64,000 nucleotides of DNA from Podarcis liolepis (Eukaryota): NCBI GenBank assembly GCA_965112155.1, contig OZ218104.1; one strand, written 5' to 3'. The translations under genes and the position numbers were made by a program. Positions 24,273-37,295 of this stretch are shown piece after piece; position 1 is the first letter of the stretch, and every line of letters starts with the position of its first letter. The notes under the pieces are model-generated. The model had not been told where the DNA came from and ran no database searches. It saw nothing but the letters and a program-made list of their open reading frames with translations.

Positions 24273-24315
24273 CATAGAATCATAGAATCATAGAATCATA
24301 GAGTTGGAAGAGACC
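24273..24315 (-). repeat. CR1 3' terminal octamer repeat (ATTCTATG)n
   Basis: (CATAGAAT)n followed by AGAGTTGGAAGAGACC; a longer copy is at 33123-33225. Confidence 0.8.
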
Positions 24316-24594
24316 TTTTTCCTCCAAAGGAAAGAGGCCAAATTTTCCATGAGAAATCTTAGGTTTTTTGCTTCTGAAAGGAAGCAAGCCTTAGATCAGA
24401 GTTATGCAGTCAAAGCTAGATGATTATATTATCTGTCGTTTCTAGCAGTTTCTTTTAAATGTTCTCTTCCAATTAAGTTTTTTTGTGATCTTGCAAAGCT
24501 TACCCTCATTCTCTCTCTCTCTCTCTCTCTCTCTGTTGTAAATTGGGTTTGGAAGGGATTTGAAAGAGATAATAAGATCATATACATTTTAGAG

Positions 24595-24642
<48 letters not shown>

Positions 24643-25456
24643 CACACAGCCTAACGTCTCCCACAATCTGCTTCCCTACTGAGTATGAGGTTTAAGAAAA
24701 GCAATTCCACTGCTTCCCGCATTAATTCCGATTGTCTCCAAGTTTCAAATTTGCACAGTGTGTGAGAGATGTGTCATTTTGGAAGGATGAGCACCTTTTC
24801 AGATATATGGAAATATTTTTTCAATGGTCTGTTTGAAACCAGTGGGGTGCAGGCGGAGTGCGTAGGAATTGGATTATAAACTAGGCCCCCGTGAATGGGA
24901 AGACATAAAAGACTTTTTTGTTGTTTGCAGTCTCTCTGCACATTCCATGAAACGTGGGCCACGGGGCCCGCAAGGAACAGCCAGCCTCTTTCAGCAGGAT
25001 CTGTTGGTCACATTGCTCTGCAACGCTATGAGCACCCACAAGAGTTTGGCTCTTTGGACGTCCTCCCACGAGCAGGGTCTTCTGATTTAAAGCAATCTAC
25101 CAGGCTTGAAGCTCAGTGGCAAATCTCCTACTCTGCAAACCAAAGACCTCGGGTTCGATCCATGGGATCTGGAGGAAAAAGTTCACAAAGACCCCTGTTT
25201 GATATCCTAGGAAGTCTCTGCCCATGAATGAAGGCAAAACTGAGCTAGATGAACCAACAATCCTGTTCGGTATAAGACAGCCTCTTGTATTCCTCAGGGA
25301 ATTCATGCAAGCATGCTTTTCAGTGTGGAAACAGTTCCCATATTTTCATAAGGAATAAAGTCAGTGTTCCTTGGCTCCTGCACGCAGATGAAAAATAGCA
25401 ATGAATTTTTGATTTCAGCATAGGTGTCCAGCAGAAATATTTTTTATCCCAAACGT

Positions 25457-25597
25457 GAATCATAGAGTTGGAAGGGACCCTGAGGGTCATCTAGCCCAAC
25501 CCACTGCAATGCAGGAACCCTGCCCACAGCCATCCCCAGGTGGACTTGAACCACCAACTTTCTGGTTAATAGCCACATGCACGGACCCACTGCGCCA
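25457..25597 (-). mobile_element. tRNA-derived SINE with CR1-like tail
   Basis: Antisense TGGCGCAGTGGGT...GGTTCAAGTCCACC head with a CR1-type tail. Confidence 0.75.
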
Positions 25598-25666
25598 AAA
25601 GATGAAATCTGGCCCAGCCCCATTTGTAATACTGAAGTATGCCATACAGCCAGGCCTAATATAATA

Positions 25667-25881
25667 CAGTGATACCTCGAGTAACAAACCCTTCAGGTTA
25701 CAAACTCCGCTAACCTGGAAGAGTTACCTCGAGTTGAGAACTTTTCCCCAGGATGAGAACGGAAATCGTGTGCCGTCAGCTCGGCGGCAGCAAGAGGCCC
25801 CATTAGCAAAAGCACGTCTCTAGTTAAAGGTTAAGAATGGATCTCTGCAATGAATTAAGTTCGTAACTAGAGGTACCACTG
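25667..25881. mobile_element. Tigger/pogo-like MITE
   Basis: TA-flanked CAGTGATACCTC...GAGGTACCACTG; same subfamily as 35052-35301. Confidence 0.88.
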
Positions 25882-27236
25882 TAGATGAATGGTAATTCCT
25901 GAAAACATAGGAGGCTGTCAGACCACTTATCTAGCTAGTCAGTGTTGTTTACACTGAGCGGCAGCAGCAGCAGCGGATCCCCAGGGTTTCAGTCAGGAGT
26001 ATTTCCCAATCTTGGGGGTGGTTCTAAGACCTTGTGGGTGCAAAGAATGGGTCCTGCCACTAAGCTTCAGCCCCTGCACAGCAGCCCAGAGCTATCTTGG
26101 AAGAACCTCTCTTTTTTCCTAATACTGTACTCCAAGGTTCTTGAGGAAGCAGGAGATTTGCAGTTCTACTTGCAATGCAGGCTTCTGTAGCCTCTGCGGT
26201 GCCAAGGAAGGGGATGCCTGACATGTCAGGGCACATTGGAGAAATGGGTTTATTTTAATTTGTCATCATCGCTCTGTTTCTTTTTAGACTTGGCAAATTC
26301 TGGCATGCAAGAGATGAGAGAGGCAAAGCTAGGAGAGGAAATGAGGCACCTAATACCTGACAAATGAGAAGTTCAGGTTTTATCAGATGTGATTCATCGT
26401 GGAGGGAACAGGAGCCTCTGCCTCCCTAAGGACACAACAGCCGTTGTGATGATGGTGAAGGGAGGAAATCAGCCCCGTAATGGCAGGAGCGGATTGGGAG
26501 TTGGCCTTATGTACATTCACTCCCACCCAAAGGAGGGGATGTGGTTGTGTGAACAGCTTGTGTCCAGGCTGCTTCTGCAGTGGATGAAAGCAGTTGGCTT
26601 TGGATGCCCCCCCCCATTTTGCAAAAGGGACATATCAAATGGCCCACCTTACAGAAGATGAAAGCTCTAAAACAATGTTGCAAATTAAATTAGTAGCAGC
26701 CAGTTCAGCATAGCCTTCCCTCGCGAGGATTTGCTAATCTTCTGCCCTCGAGAGATGCCTAAATTGCAAGGAGGTTGTTTTTTAAATGGTTCTGTTTCTA
26801 ACAATTTTCATTGCTGTAAACTGTCTTGGGTGACTTCTTTTGATAACCCTGCTGTATTAATTAACAAAAGAAAATGAATTAATGACATCTGCTAGCTCTG
26901 TAGGCTAGGAAACTCCTGCTTGCACTTTTTTTTATTATTTTAAAGAAAAGGGGGCAAAGCATCTACTTTGCATGCAGAAGATCCCAGATCTCCAGGTAGG
27001 GTTGGGAGAGACTCCCTGTCTGAAATCTGGGAGAGCCACTGCCGATCAGTCTAGACACAGAGCTGAGCAAGAAGGACCAGTGGATCTGACTTTCTATAAG
27101 GCAATTTTCTAGGTTCCTATGTTGTTCTTCAATGCAGTGTGATTAACAGCAGGGAAGTATTAGTTGGCTTCTAGGCAGAGTAAGTGGCTGTGTCTCAAAA
27201 TCCTTGTAGGATTTTTTACATTTTAAGAAGAGCAAG

Positions 27237-27956
27237 GTTTTTTTAAAAAAAAATTTTATTGGTTTTCAACATACAAAATTATAAAACATATCACACAATT
27301 TATCACAAATACATTCTTATTGGACTTCCATCAGCACCTCTGATAATCCTCCGTCTTAATCACTTCTTACGCATTTCCTAACTTAATATTACCTTTGCAT
27401 TCTTAACATATCACGTCTCCTTCTCCATTTTTGCAATATTTCTAATATTATTCCTCACAGAGCTTCTTGCAAACCTACAAACGTCGTCTGATCATCACAA
27501 ATACTTTTCAAATAATCCGTAAATTTACTCCAGTCCTCGGTAAACTTCTGGTCCCACCGGTTTCAGATCCTTCCCGTTAGTTTGTCAAGTTCCGCATAGT
27601 TTATTAATTTCATCCTCCATTCTTCCATCGTTGGTAATTCTTCTTGCTTCCATTTTTGGGCCAATAGTATTCTTGCTGCTGTTACTGCATATAGAAAAAG
27701 CTTACATTCCTTTCTATTTATATCGTTTCCAACAATACCCAAGAGAAATGGTTTCTTTATAAATGTATATTTCAACATTTTTTTTCAACTCATTATATAT
27801 CATCTCCCAGAAGCCTTTCACCTTTTTACATTCCCACCACATGTGATAAAATGTTCCCTCTTTTTCCTTACATTTCCAACATTTATTGCTGACTTTATAC
27901 ATTTTTGCTAACTTCACTGGTGTAATATACCATCTATACACTATTTTCATGACATT
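27237..27956 (-). mobile_element. 5'-truncated L1-clade LINE
   Basis: MKIVYRWYITPVKLAKMYKVSNKCWKCKEKEGTFYHMWWEC..., homologous to 14506-15520 but frameshifted. PolyA tail and a 33-34 bp flanking duplication. Confidence 0.92.
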
Positions 27957-28941
27957 TTGTAGGATTTTTTTACATTGTAAGAAGAGCAAGTTTGTTTTGA
28001 AGGGGAACAGGAGGGTTGCATATGAGAAGCCTGGCAGATGTTTGACTGTGTCAAGCTCTTATCCATGGTCTGAAGGTGAATTCTGGGAAGGACTGCCTTG
28101 CAAATAATGCACCTGCCAGCTTCGCTATCTGTTGGAGGGCACTTCTCAGATAGTGTGAATCACCAGCAAACACCAAAGTTGGGCCTCAGAAGGATTTTTA
28201 TCTTCACAGTGGGTCATTCCAAGAAGGGAAGGGGACTGGTGAGCACACAAGTCTTTCCCAGTCAGCTCCTTCCAGCAGGAAGCGACCTCTGTTTTTCATG
28301 GATGATGTTTCCAGGGAGAAAGATGTCAAGAACGAACTGTGGCCTTTTCAGCATTTTTGTTTTTTAATAATGAAAGTAAAACCTCTTAGCACAATAGCTC
28401 TTGGGACCTATCAGTCTGAACTTGGGGAAGGTTTCCTATTCAAGGGGTTAGCTCTCTCATCTCTCCAGTTTTTAGATTGATTATCTACAAAGCACTAAGG
28501 GAACGGGAAGTGATTTCTATTTTACACATACCAAAGGGTATCTCAGCTGGTTAGAGCGTGGTGCTGATAACTTTGTGGTTTTGCCTGGCCCTAATAAAGA
28601 TTATGTCATACTCCAGCTGTTGCCACCATGTTATGAAACTTGAGCAAGATTGTTGGATGAAAATGGGTGGGGTTATGTAGAGTTTGTCATAGCCATTACT
28701 ACTACTAGCGGCAATCCTGCCCATGTTAGGTCTCTTCAGGCATTTATCGCAAAAGGAGCCTGTGGGAGCATGAGGGGCTAACTCTGATTGGCTAGGATTC
28801 CGGTCCCCATGCTGGAAACTCTTTATGCAATGAAGATGGCTTCCTGCAGGCTCACACAATTCTACATTGGTTTGGAAGTACTTTGAAGACTGTGGGTTAT
28901 GTCCAACATTAGTCCTATTTAAAGCAGACACATTGGAATCA

Positions 28942-29417
28942 TTTAAGAAGGATACTGACTGTTTAAGAAGGATATTGGTGAGTTGGAATGTCTGCAGAGC
29001 AGGGTGACCAATATGGTAAAGGTTCTGGAAGCCAAGCCTTATGAGGAACAGTTGAAAGAGTTGGGTATGTTTAGCCCGAGAGGCGATGTGATAGCCATCT
29101 TCAAATATCTGAAAGGCTGTCACATAGATAATGGAGCAAGCTTGTTTTCTACTGCTCCAGAGAGTAGGATCCAAACCAATGAATTCAAATGACAAGAAAG
29201 GAGATTCTGACGAAACATTAGGAAGAAATTTCTGAAGGTAAGAGCTGTTTGGCAATGGAATGAGCCACCTCAAAAGGTGGTGGACTCTCCTTCACTGGAG
29301 GTTTTTAAACTGAGGTTGGATGGCCATCTGTCGGGGATTATTTAGCTAGGATCCCAGCATTGCAGGGAGTTGGACTAGATTACCCTTGGGGTGCTTTCCA
29401 ACTTTATGAATCCATGG
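28942..29417 (+). mobile_element. CR1 LINE 3' fragment
   Basis: LECLQSRVTNMVKVLEAKPYEEQLKELGMFS...GDVIAIFKYLKG (CR1 ORF2 C-terminus) and CR1 3' UTR. Confidence 0.9.
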
Positions 29418-29491
29418 ACACAATTGACTTAGGTCCACTGATTTCAGTGAGTCTGCTTTGAGTGGAACTTAATTGGCTGAAGTTCTTAATA

Positions 29492-29720
29492 CAGTGGTAC
29501 CTCGGGTTAAGAACTTAATTCGTTCTGGAGGTCCGTTCTTAACCTGAAATTGTTCTTAACCTGAGGTACCACTTTAGCTAATGGGGCCTCCCACTGCCAC
29601 TGTGCCGCCGCCGCAGCACGATTTCTGTTCTCATCCTGAGGTAAAGTTATTAACCCGAGGTACTGTTTCTGGGTTAGCGGAGTCTGTAACCTGAAGCGTC
29701 TGTAACCTGAGGTACCACTG
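29492..29720. mobile_element. Tigger/pogo-like MITE
   Basis: TA-flanked TIRs CAGTGGTACCTC/GAGGTACCACTG. Confidence 0.9.
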
Positions 29721-30409
29721 TACACATCTTATCTTTGCTCCTGTTGCCTTTGAGACTTCTAGCTTTTAAACTGTTTTCACGGATGGGGCCCAATGTTGTT
29801 TGTTTTACTTGTTGTTATTATTGTTGTTGTTGTGTGTAAATAATATATCCTGATTTTAAGCCATCTTGGCTATTTTCTGCAAAAGCTGTATATAAATCTT
29901 GATGATAGATAAAATAATTAAAGCACTTTCACCCTCCTCAATTGGATAGCCCTGCGGTTCCAACCCAACACAGGGGTGTCTCTGCAAACACAGCCCCCTG
30001 ACCTTGGTTTCACAATCAAATAGCTCCTTTTGGAGAGCAGAGATTGGGTTTAACCCGCACGGCCACGTATCCTAGGAAACAGGCTGTGTAGCTTAGAACT
30101 ATGGAGTTCGACTCTCAGAAGGAAGGAGCTGTGCTAGGAATGCAAAGAAGAAGCTGTTAATTTCTGTCAAGATTTAGGAATAATTTTAAAGTAAAGAATC
30201 TGACAGGGCGACAGACTCGCTCTTTTTGTCAGCTGCGCTAACAACTGCGAGAGATGGCGTGAAATTTGATGAACTCCATTTGAGCCCGGGAGACAGAAAT
30301 AATTCAGACTCCAATTCCTCTTTCCCCACTGACTTGCTTGGGGGCTGGGAGGTGAACGATGAGGGTTTTTGCAGGATGAGGACTCTGGGAACGGCCTCAA
30401 TGTTATCAC

Positions 30410-30772
30410 TAGGAAATGGGTGAATATGATGATTTTGGCTTCCCGTTTTCCCATTCATAGACTCAGTTCTCATTTCCACATCAGCTGCCTCATGAAAATT
30501 CTTCAGCATTCTATTGTGAATTTATCCTAATATGCACATTTTTGTATGCAATTTCCCCAAATACAATCCCTTACTGTATGCATGTATTTGTGTACTGTAC
30601 CCTGCTGTATCTATTTTTGTAATATGGATTCAGAATTGCATAGCAAAATTCAGATAAGTGTGAACTTTGCAGGATGGCTGTGTCTCAATTTCCATATAGC
30701 TTTTGCAAAGTGTGAATCAGGTAGATTTGCCTTTAAAATGTGAACTGGATTGAATTTCGACCCCTTGTTTAG
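30410..30772. mobile_element. AT-rich non-autonomous DNA element (TAGGGATG-type termini, hAT-like)
   Basis: Homologous to 31830-32200, 36267-36715, 58295-58737 and 63521-64000. Confidence 0.6.
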
Positions 30773-31829
30773 GTAAAACTTGTTAGGGTTAAAGACTGTA
30801 GCAGAATCAGATTAGGGATTTCTGCAGCAGAGATCAAAATGTGATATGATAAGGTTCACCCTTCTTCACTGAGCTGCTGTTGCCCAGGAGCTATTCCCTG
30901 GAAAGGAGTTTGCAGTTTTAGCCATCAGAGAGGCCATGATTGAGAAATAAATAAGGCCTTACGCAGAAGGATCACAGATGGGGATTACAAGGTTAGGGAC
31001 CAGAACCAAGTAGTGAAATTAGATAAATAATAATCGGAGCAGAGCATCAAAACCAGATTCGCATCCGGAGAATGAAAAGGATATGAGAATTATAAGTTAG
31101 GTAAGCTCAAGGGATAAAAAGCTCAGGCATGCACGGACCAGTGGTGTGAGTGCTATGAGTGAGCTTGAATCTCCTTCCACTTTACACATGAGGCTGGCAG
31201 GATGGAAATAATGTTAAGAACAGCTAAGAAATTGAATGTGAAGGATGGTTGTGATGGTATGGAAACACAGCAGGTAGGATACGTTGCCTGAGAGTGTGGA
31301 GAGTAAATGTTCAAGTCTTCACACTGCCATAAATTCATTTACAAGTGGGAGCTGTAACAAAACGTTGCAGCATGGGGTGCTTCACTTCAGGGATCCAAGT
31401 ACTCGCATTCTGTCTCCCCCCTCACAAAAAGCCCTAGTCAGTCAGCATTTCACGAGCTTTGTCCTCCTTGTGCTATTTTATTTGGGGTGTGTGTGTTCCA
31501 GCTTCTTCCAGTTTTCCTCCAATAGATTTTGTTTTGTGTACTTCTGCAGACCTTGACATTTTTTCAAGCTTTCTAATAGATCCCTCTTGTACATGGGCAA
31601 TTCTATTTTGTTTACATAAGCAACATCACCCACAGTCCGGACACCGGAAATAGCAGGAACAATGTTCTCTTATCATCCACAATTTCCACTTCTGCCATAT
31701 GAGGGATGATAGGGATGACCTTACAGGATTGTTTATAAGCATTACTAAGATATCACAGGCTCTACTTCTGAACAGTCTTGCAGTTTTAGAAATCAGCAAC
31801 TCCCAAACCGACTTAATGAACATGTACAG

Positions 31830-32200
31830 TAGTGATGGCTGAATCTGTCAATTTCACTTTCTTTTAGTTTCTCATTCCCCCCTCCCCCATTTTTAGGATC
31901 AGTTCTCTACATTCTTCAGCATCCGTTTAGTGAAACTTTCTTCTAATATGCAGTTTTGCCTGTACAAAATTCTGCCCAATATACAAAATTTTGCAAAACA
32001 ATTTCCCCTGATATAAAACATTTCTGTATTATTTTGAATACTATGTGCATTCTTTTGCACATTTCTTATGTGTCTGTGTATGTATTACTTGGCTGTTGAA
32101 CTGCATTGCAAAACTGAAAGAAGTGTGCTTTTCTATGGATGGCTGTGTTTCGGTTAGGGTATTGTTTTGGGAAATGCGAATCAAATTCTTCCTCCACATC
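31830..32200. mobile_element. AT-rich non-autonomous DNA element (same family as 58295-58737)
   Basis: Starts TAGTGATGG...TGTCAATTTC and shares the TGCATTGCAAAA...GGATGGCTGTGTTTC block. Confidence 0.6.
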
Positions 32201-33122
32201 CTTCCCCCCCTACCTCTAAAGAATTATAGCAAAGTTTATGAAAATGTGAGGGAAGGTGGCTTCTGGAATGAAGAAACTCAGTAAGGAGCCTGGATAGCTC
32301 TTGCCAAAGATCAAATGAAGAAAAACCACTAAGAATTTGGTTAAGGGGTGGGGTGAACATTGAAGGCAAGAGTTCTTGACTAGGCAAGCACACTTTGTGG
32401 GCTACATCCTGCTGATTGGTCCTCTGCTCCACATATCCAAAATCTCACTCCCTCTCAGCCCTCCCATGGTCGATCAAAGACAGACAAAGCTGCTTAGGGA
32501 GCTGTGTTTATTCATAAGTTACAATTACAAAATTCATAGTTTGGGGAACCTTTTTGTCTGGTCTAACTAGAGGTCAACTTAATGTGTTTTAGCTACTACT
32601 GAACATTCACAGGAGATTCCCCTCCACCCAGGAATGCTTAAAGAGAGTGGATTTCTCCTGCCTTTCCAAAGCAGGTGTATGGGAGAAGCTTAGACTCTAG
32701 CAGAGTTGCCTGCTCCAGGTAGGACCAGGAAACAGACCTATTGGACTGCTGGAGAGTCGCTGCCAGTGTAGGCAATCTGAATGGGCCAATGGCCTCACCT
32801 GGGATAAGGTACCTTCAACCTAAGTGCCACAGCTCAGTGGTTGAGCACCCAATTTGTGTGCAGAAGGTCCTAGGCTCCAATCCTTGGCATTTCCAGGTTG
32901 GACTGGAAAAGACCCCTGCCTGAAATCACAAAGAGGCTCTGTCTGTGTAAGCAATACAGAGTCAGATGATGTGATCCTACCAAGGATAAAAGAAAGCAAT
33001 ATCCTGTGTTTCTAACTGTATGGTACTGTAGTCTTAAGTATTCAGGGGAGGGGTGGGGCATAGCTCAGTTGTGGACCATTGGCTTTGCATGAAGACCGTC
33101 TCAGGTTCAAACCTTAACATCT

Positions 33123-33225
33123 CATAGAATCATAGAATCATAGAATCATAGAATCATAGAATCATAGAATCATAGAGTTGGAAGAGACCACAAGGGCCAT
33201 CGAGTCCAACCCCCTGCCAAGCAGG
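33123..33225 (-). mobile_element. CR1 extreme 3' end with octamer tail
   Basis: (CATAGAAT)n+AGAGTTGGAAGAGACCACAAGGGCCATCGAGTCCAACCCC. Confidence 0.85.
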
Positions 33226-33454
33226 CTTCGAAAGAGTGGGAGCAGGGCGGAAGCCCTTCCCCAAACCCTAAGGTGTCACTCCCAACCACTGTAGACAATA
33301 GGGAGCTAGATGGACTAACCCTAACACTGTTCTGGACCTGCAGAGATGTGTGGCAGGTGCATCCTCCAGCCCCTGGTTTTCATGCACCTTCAAGCACTGT
33401 CACAATTTGCACAGAGACGTTGGAATGTTGCATTGAGAGGATTGTGGCTTGAAG

Positions 33455-33473
33455 TGGACACTAGAGGGCAGTG
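33455..33473 (+). promoter_or_regulatory. Candidate CTCF site
   Basis: TGGACACTAGAGGGCAGTG closely matches the CTCF core CCAC/GYAGRKGGCR. Confidence 0.55.
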
Positions 33474-33967
33474 GTGTTCTGCATTGGTTGGAGGCTGTTG
33501 AATTCAATTCAAGGCTGCTGAATCGGAGGCTATTTTGCCCTGAGTCCCACATCTCGGTGAATCTGCTAAGAACCTAAACTTTGGATGGATTTGTGCAGTT
33601 TGGAAACCGTGCTGCAATTCTGCTTTATATTTCACGTTCTATAACATGTAATCTAGTGCACAATAGGCCTGGTTTTTATTCTTTATAGTTGCATTGAAAT
33701 GTTCCCAATTTTTAAAGATACAACATAAGCAAGTGCCCTCTCCTGACCTCCCTCCCCATGCAACCCCCCCTAAGCAATCCATCTTACAGAGATCCACCAG
33801 CCAATCACTTATCAAGGGAAGCAAATGCATAGAAAGGTAATAGGCAGGAAACTAATCAAACATTTCACAACATTTTAAGCTGTGATTGTGGTAGTCATCT
33901 ATGGATAGATCTCCTTGTATGTACAAAAGTAGCACATCAGGGAAAAGATTCAGCCTGAATTCTAATA

Positions 33968-34196
33968 CAGTGGTACCTCAGGTTAAGTACTTAATTCGTT
34001 CCGGAGGTCTGTACTTAACCTGAAACTGTTCTTAACCTGAAGCACCACTTTAGCTAATGGGGCCTCCTGCTGCTGCCGCTGTGCTGCCAGAGCCTGATTT
34101 CTGTTCTTATCCTGAAGCAAAGTTCTTAACCTGAAGCACTATTTCTGGCTTAGTGGAGTGTGTAACCTGAAGCGTATGTAACCCGAGGTACCACTG
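33968..34196. mobile_element. Tigger/pogo-like MITE
   Basis: TA-flanked TIRs CAGTGGTACCTC/GAGGTACCACTG. Confidence 0.9.
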
Positions 34197-34308
34197 TATA
34201 CTAGAGCTCTATATGCACAGAGTTTTTGGGTGCTGTTATTTTGCCTCTGGCAAGTAGCCCTTAGACCCAGTCTACATCTGTAAAATGACAACAATAAGGA
34301 TGCACCTC

Positions 34309-34345
<37 letters not shown>

Positions 34346-35051
34346 AAAATTACTCTGCTATATATGAGTGTGCAGTTCCACCCACATAACATGGAAGCAA
34401 GGAAACAAGCACAGTCAGGGCTACTAGTACTCTGCACTCAGAAAATGTTGTGCCAACCTGTACATATGCTTTCCAGCATGATTTCTGTTCCTTTTAACAA
34501 TTCTGCAATATTTCAGGCTTAGCATAATTCATCCTGCTTCTGTTTATTGTGAGGGAAGGTAACAAACTGCACAAGCCTGCCTGCCACTGGGAAAGATTCA
34601 AACCCACCTCATTTGCTTTTGAGGCACTCTGGTAATTTCCCCACAGCCTTTCAAACATCTATTCAGAACCGTAAGGGCTAGGAGCCATAATCCCAGCTGA
34701 GGCAATCTTCTCCCTTTTCTCTCTCCTTACAGAGGCCACTGTAGTGCAGCTTTGGTGGCTGGCGACTCTGTCTCCTGCTCCTTCCATACTGGCCTTAGGT
34801 GGCTTTCCCCATCTTTCCCTTGTGAGGCAAGAAGAGGGGGAGGACAGGAGCCATTGGCTGCTGCCATGTTTGACTCCATCCCCTGGCCCTCATGATGTCA
34901 GGACCTTGAGTGCATCACATCAGGACGTTGTGTCGCCCTCCCCACAATCGTTTCCAGATGTTGGCGCCTTTGCTACAGGGTAGTCTTAGCGTCCAAGTGA
35001 GCTTTGATCTCCGATTGAAATAGATCAATAAAACAAGCTTCTTTGAGAGTA

Positions 35052-35301
35052 CAGTGGTACCACGAGTTACAAATGCCTCAGGTTACAAACGCTTCAGGTT
35101 ATAAACTCTGCTAACCTGGAAGAGTTACCTCGAGTTAAGAACTTTGCCCCAGGATGAGAACGGAAATCATGTGCTGGCTGTGCAGCAGCAGCAAGAGGCC
35201 CCATTAGCAAAAGCACGCCTCTAGTTTGTTCTTAAGGTTAAGGTTTCAGGTTAAGAACGGACCTCCGGAACGAATTAAGTTTGTAACTAGAGGTACCAAT
35301 G
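35052..35301. mobile_element. Tigger/pogo-like MITE
   Basis: TA+CAGTGGTACC...GGTACCAATG+TA. Confidence 0.88.
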
Positions 35302-36130
35302 TACCTGGAGTTGGTTTGGTGACCACCTCCACAAGAAACCAGTCTATATTTATTCAGGCCTTCTTTGGCCAAGGAGCGCTTTTTATGGAGCAGTCTCACT
35401 GCAGCGTCTTTCTGGTGACCTGTGGCCACTCCCTCTCTCAGAGAGGCCTTAATTACATCCCTGTCCTTGCATGTATTCCCTTTTTCTGCCAGACGACCCT
35501 CAGCCATGAGGGTCAGGAACGCAGGTGGTTGCCTATCCCGCCTCCAAGCACCTTGTACACATTCCTGAACCCTGGAGGGTTTGCAGAGATCACGATAAGT
35601 TAGTTGTTTATCCTTCAGAGGAAGAACACTTTTATAACTCCCCCCGCCCCCCGCTAAAATGACAGCTTTCTAGCTTAACAGGTACTAGAAATTTAAAAAT
35701 AAGCCACCTAACCTGAGACTAACTTTCCATTAGCCATCATTCTGTACAGTAGTAAAGTGCATTAGCTTTTCCTGTTTAAAATGCTCTTCCTTCACCCCAT
35801 CAGTCTATTTTCTCTCTCGATTCTATATCCAGAGGACTTAGAGGACAAGGGCTTTCATTAGGCACCCCCCCAACGATTAATTTTAATTAGCTCTACTTAG
35901 AATCCCAGGAGTTTATAAATAAATAAATGTCAGCACATAGGTTTTTTTTTTTATAATAAAAAAAACCTATGTTCGTAACACCAGGCTTCCAAAGGCTGCT
36001 GCATTGTGGAAAACTATGGCTTGTGGACTGCAGAAATGGCACAGCATCATGGCACCATGGCAACCAGATCCCTTGGGGGAGGGTTTTTGGAAGTGGGGGG
36101 GGGGGAAGTGTGTCATTCCAGCCAGATGCA

Positions 36131-36185
<55 letters not shown>

Positions 36186-36266
36186 TGGTAATGTGGCCAC
36201 TGGTCAAGGAGGAAGGGAGTTCAAGAACACCTTAAGAATCACAGCATCCCCAGTCCTGTCAGGTGT

Positions 36267-36715
36267 TAGAGATGGGGAAGAAATTTGACTGGGGTCACAC
36301 TGAAAGGCGAAACTTACCTAATCCATACTTTCTGAAACAGCGCGCGAGCTGGAACGCAGCTACCCTTTGAGGTTTGCACTTCTTTGAATTTTGCAATGCG
36401 GTTTTCCAGCCATGTAAATGTGTGCAAAAATTCATGTACTGGCGGGGTGGGGGGGGAAGTGTCCATATACATGAATACATTAGTGAAAAAACAACATAGA
36501 AATGCATTATACTTTTGTGTACGTTGGGGAAAGTGGCAAACGAAATGGGGTATATTGGGATAAATTTGCACTAAAAACCCTGATGATTTATCAGGAGGGG
36601 TTTTTTTAGGGGGGGGGAATCACAAGCTGATGTGGAAATGTGGAGAACTGAGGGAAGTTGGGGGAGGGGGAGAGAAATGGGGAGCAACTGAAATTGAAAG
36701 AGTTGTTTATCCCTA
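36267..36715. mobile_element. AT-rich non-autonomous DNA element (TAGGGATG-type termini)
   Basis: TAGAGATGGG...TATCCCTA termini; reverse orientation relative to 58295-58737. Confidence 0.65.
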
Positions 36716-36800
36716 GAAGGGTGGCACCATTTCAAGCAGGCAATGGCCAGTCTGAGGGGAGGGAGCACTTATGAGTGTTGTGCCCCCCTAGCCTCAAAAA

Positions 36801-37295
36801 TTTTAAGACAGCATCTTAAAAAGCAGAGCCAACAAAGGTCCGTATAGTTAAAGCTATGGTTTTCCCAGTAGTGATGTATGGAAGTGAGAGCTGGACCATA
36901 AAGAAGGCTGATCTCCGAAGAATTGATGCTTTTGAATTATGGTGCTGGAGGAGACTCTTGAGAGTCCCATGGACTGCAAGAAGATCAAACCTATCCATTC
37001 TGAAGGAAATCAGCCCTGAGTGCTCACTGGAAGGACAGATCCTGAAGCTGAGGCTCCAGTACTTTGGCTACCTCATGAGAAGAGAAGACTCCCTGGAAAA
37101 GACCCTGATGTTGGGAAAGATGGAGGGCACAAGGAGAAGGGGATGACAGAGGACAAGATGGTTGGACAGTGTTCTCGGAGCTACCAGCATGAGTTTGACT
37201 AAACTGCGGGAGGCAGTGGAAGACAGGAGTACCTGGCATACTCTGGTCCATGGGGTCACGAAGAGTCGGACACGACTAAACGACTAAAGAACAAA
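36801..37295 (+). mobile_element. BovB (RTE) LINE 3' fragment
   Basis: MVFPVVMYGSESWTIKKADLRRIDAFELWCWRRLLRVPWTARRSN...; TSD AGCCTCAAAA. Confidence 0.95.

Noticed and set aside
33123-33175. CRISPR-like or novel repeat array
   Set aside because: It is the CR1 terminal octamer in tandem, with no spacers, in eukaryotic DNA.
35893-36235. Poly-L/N/Y/I ORFs (also near 24.1, 40.1 and 59.3 kb)
   Set aside because: Translations of microsatellites.
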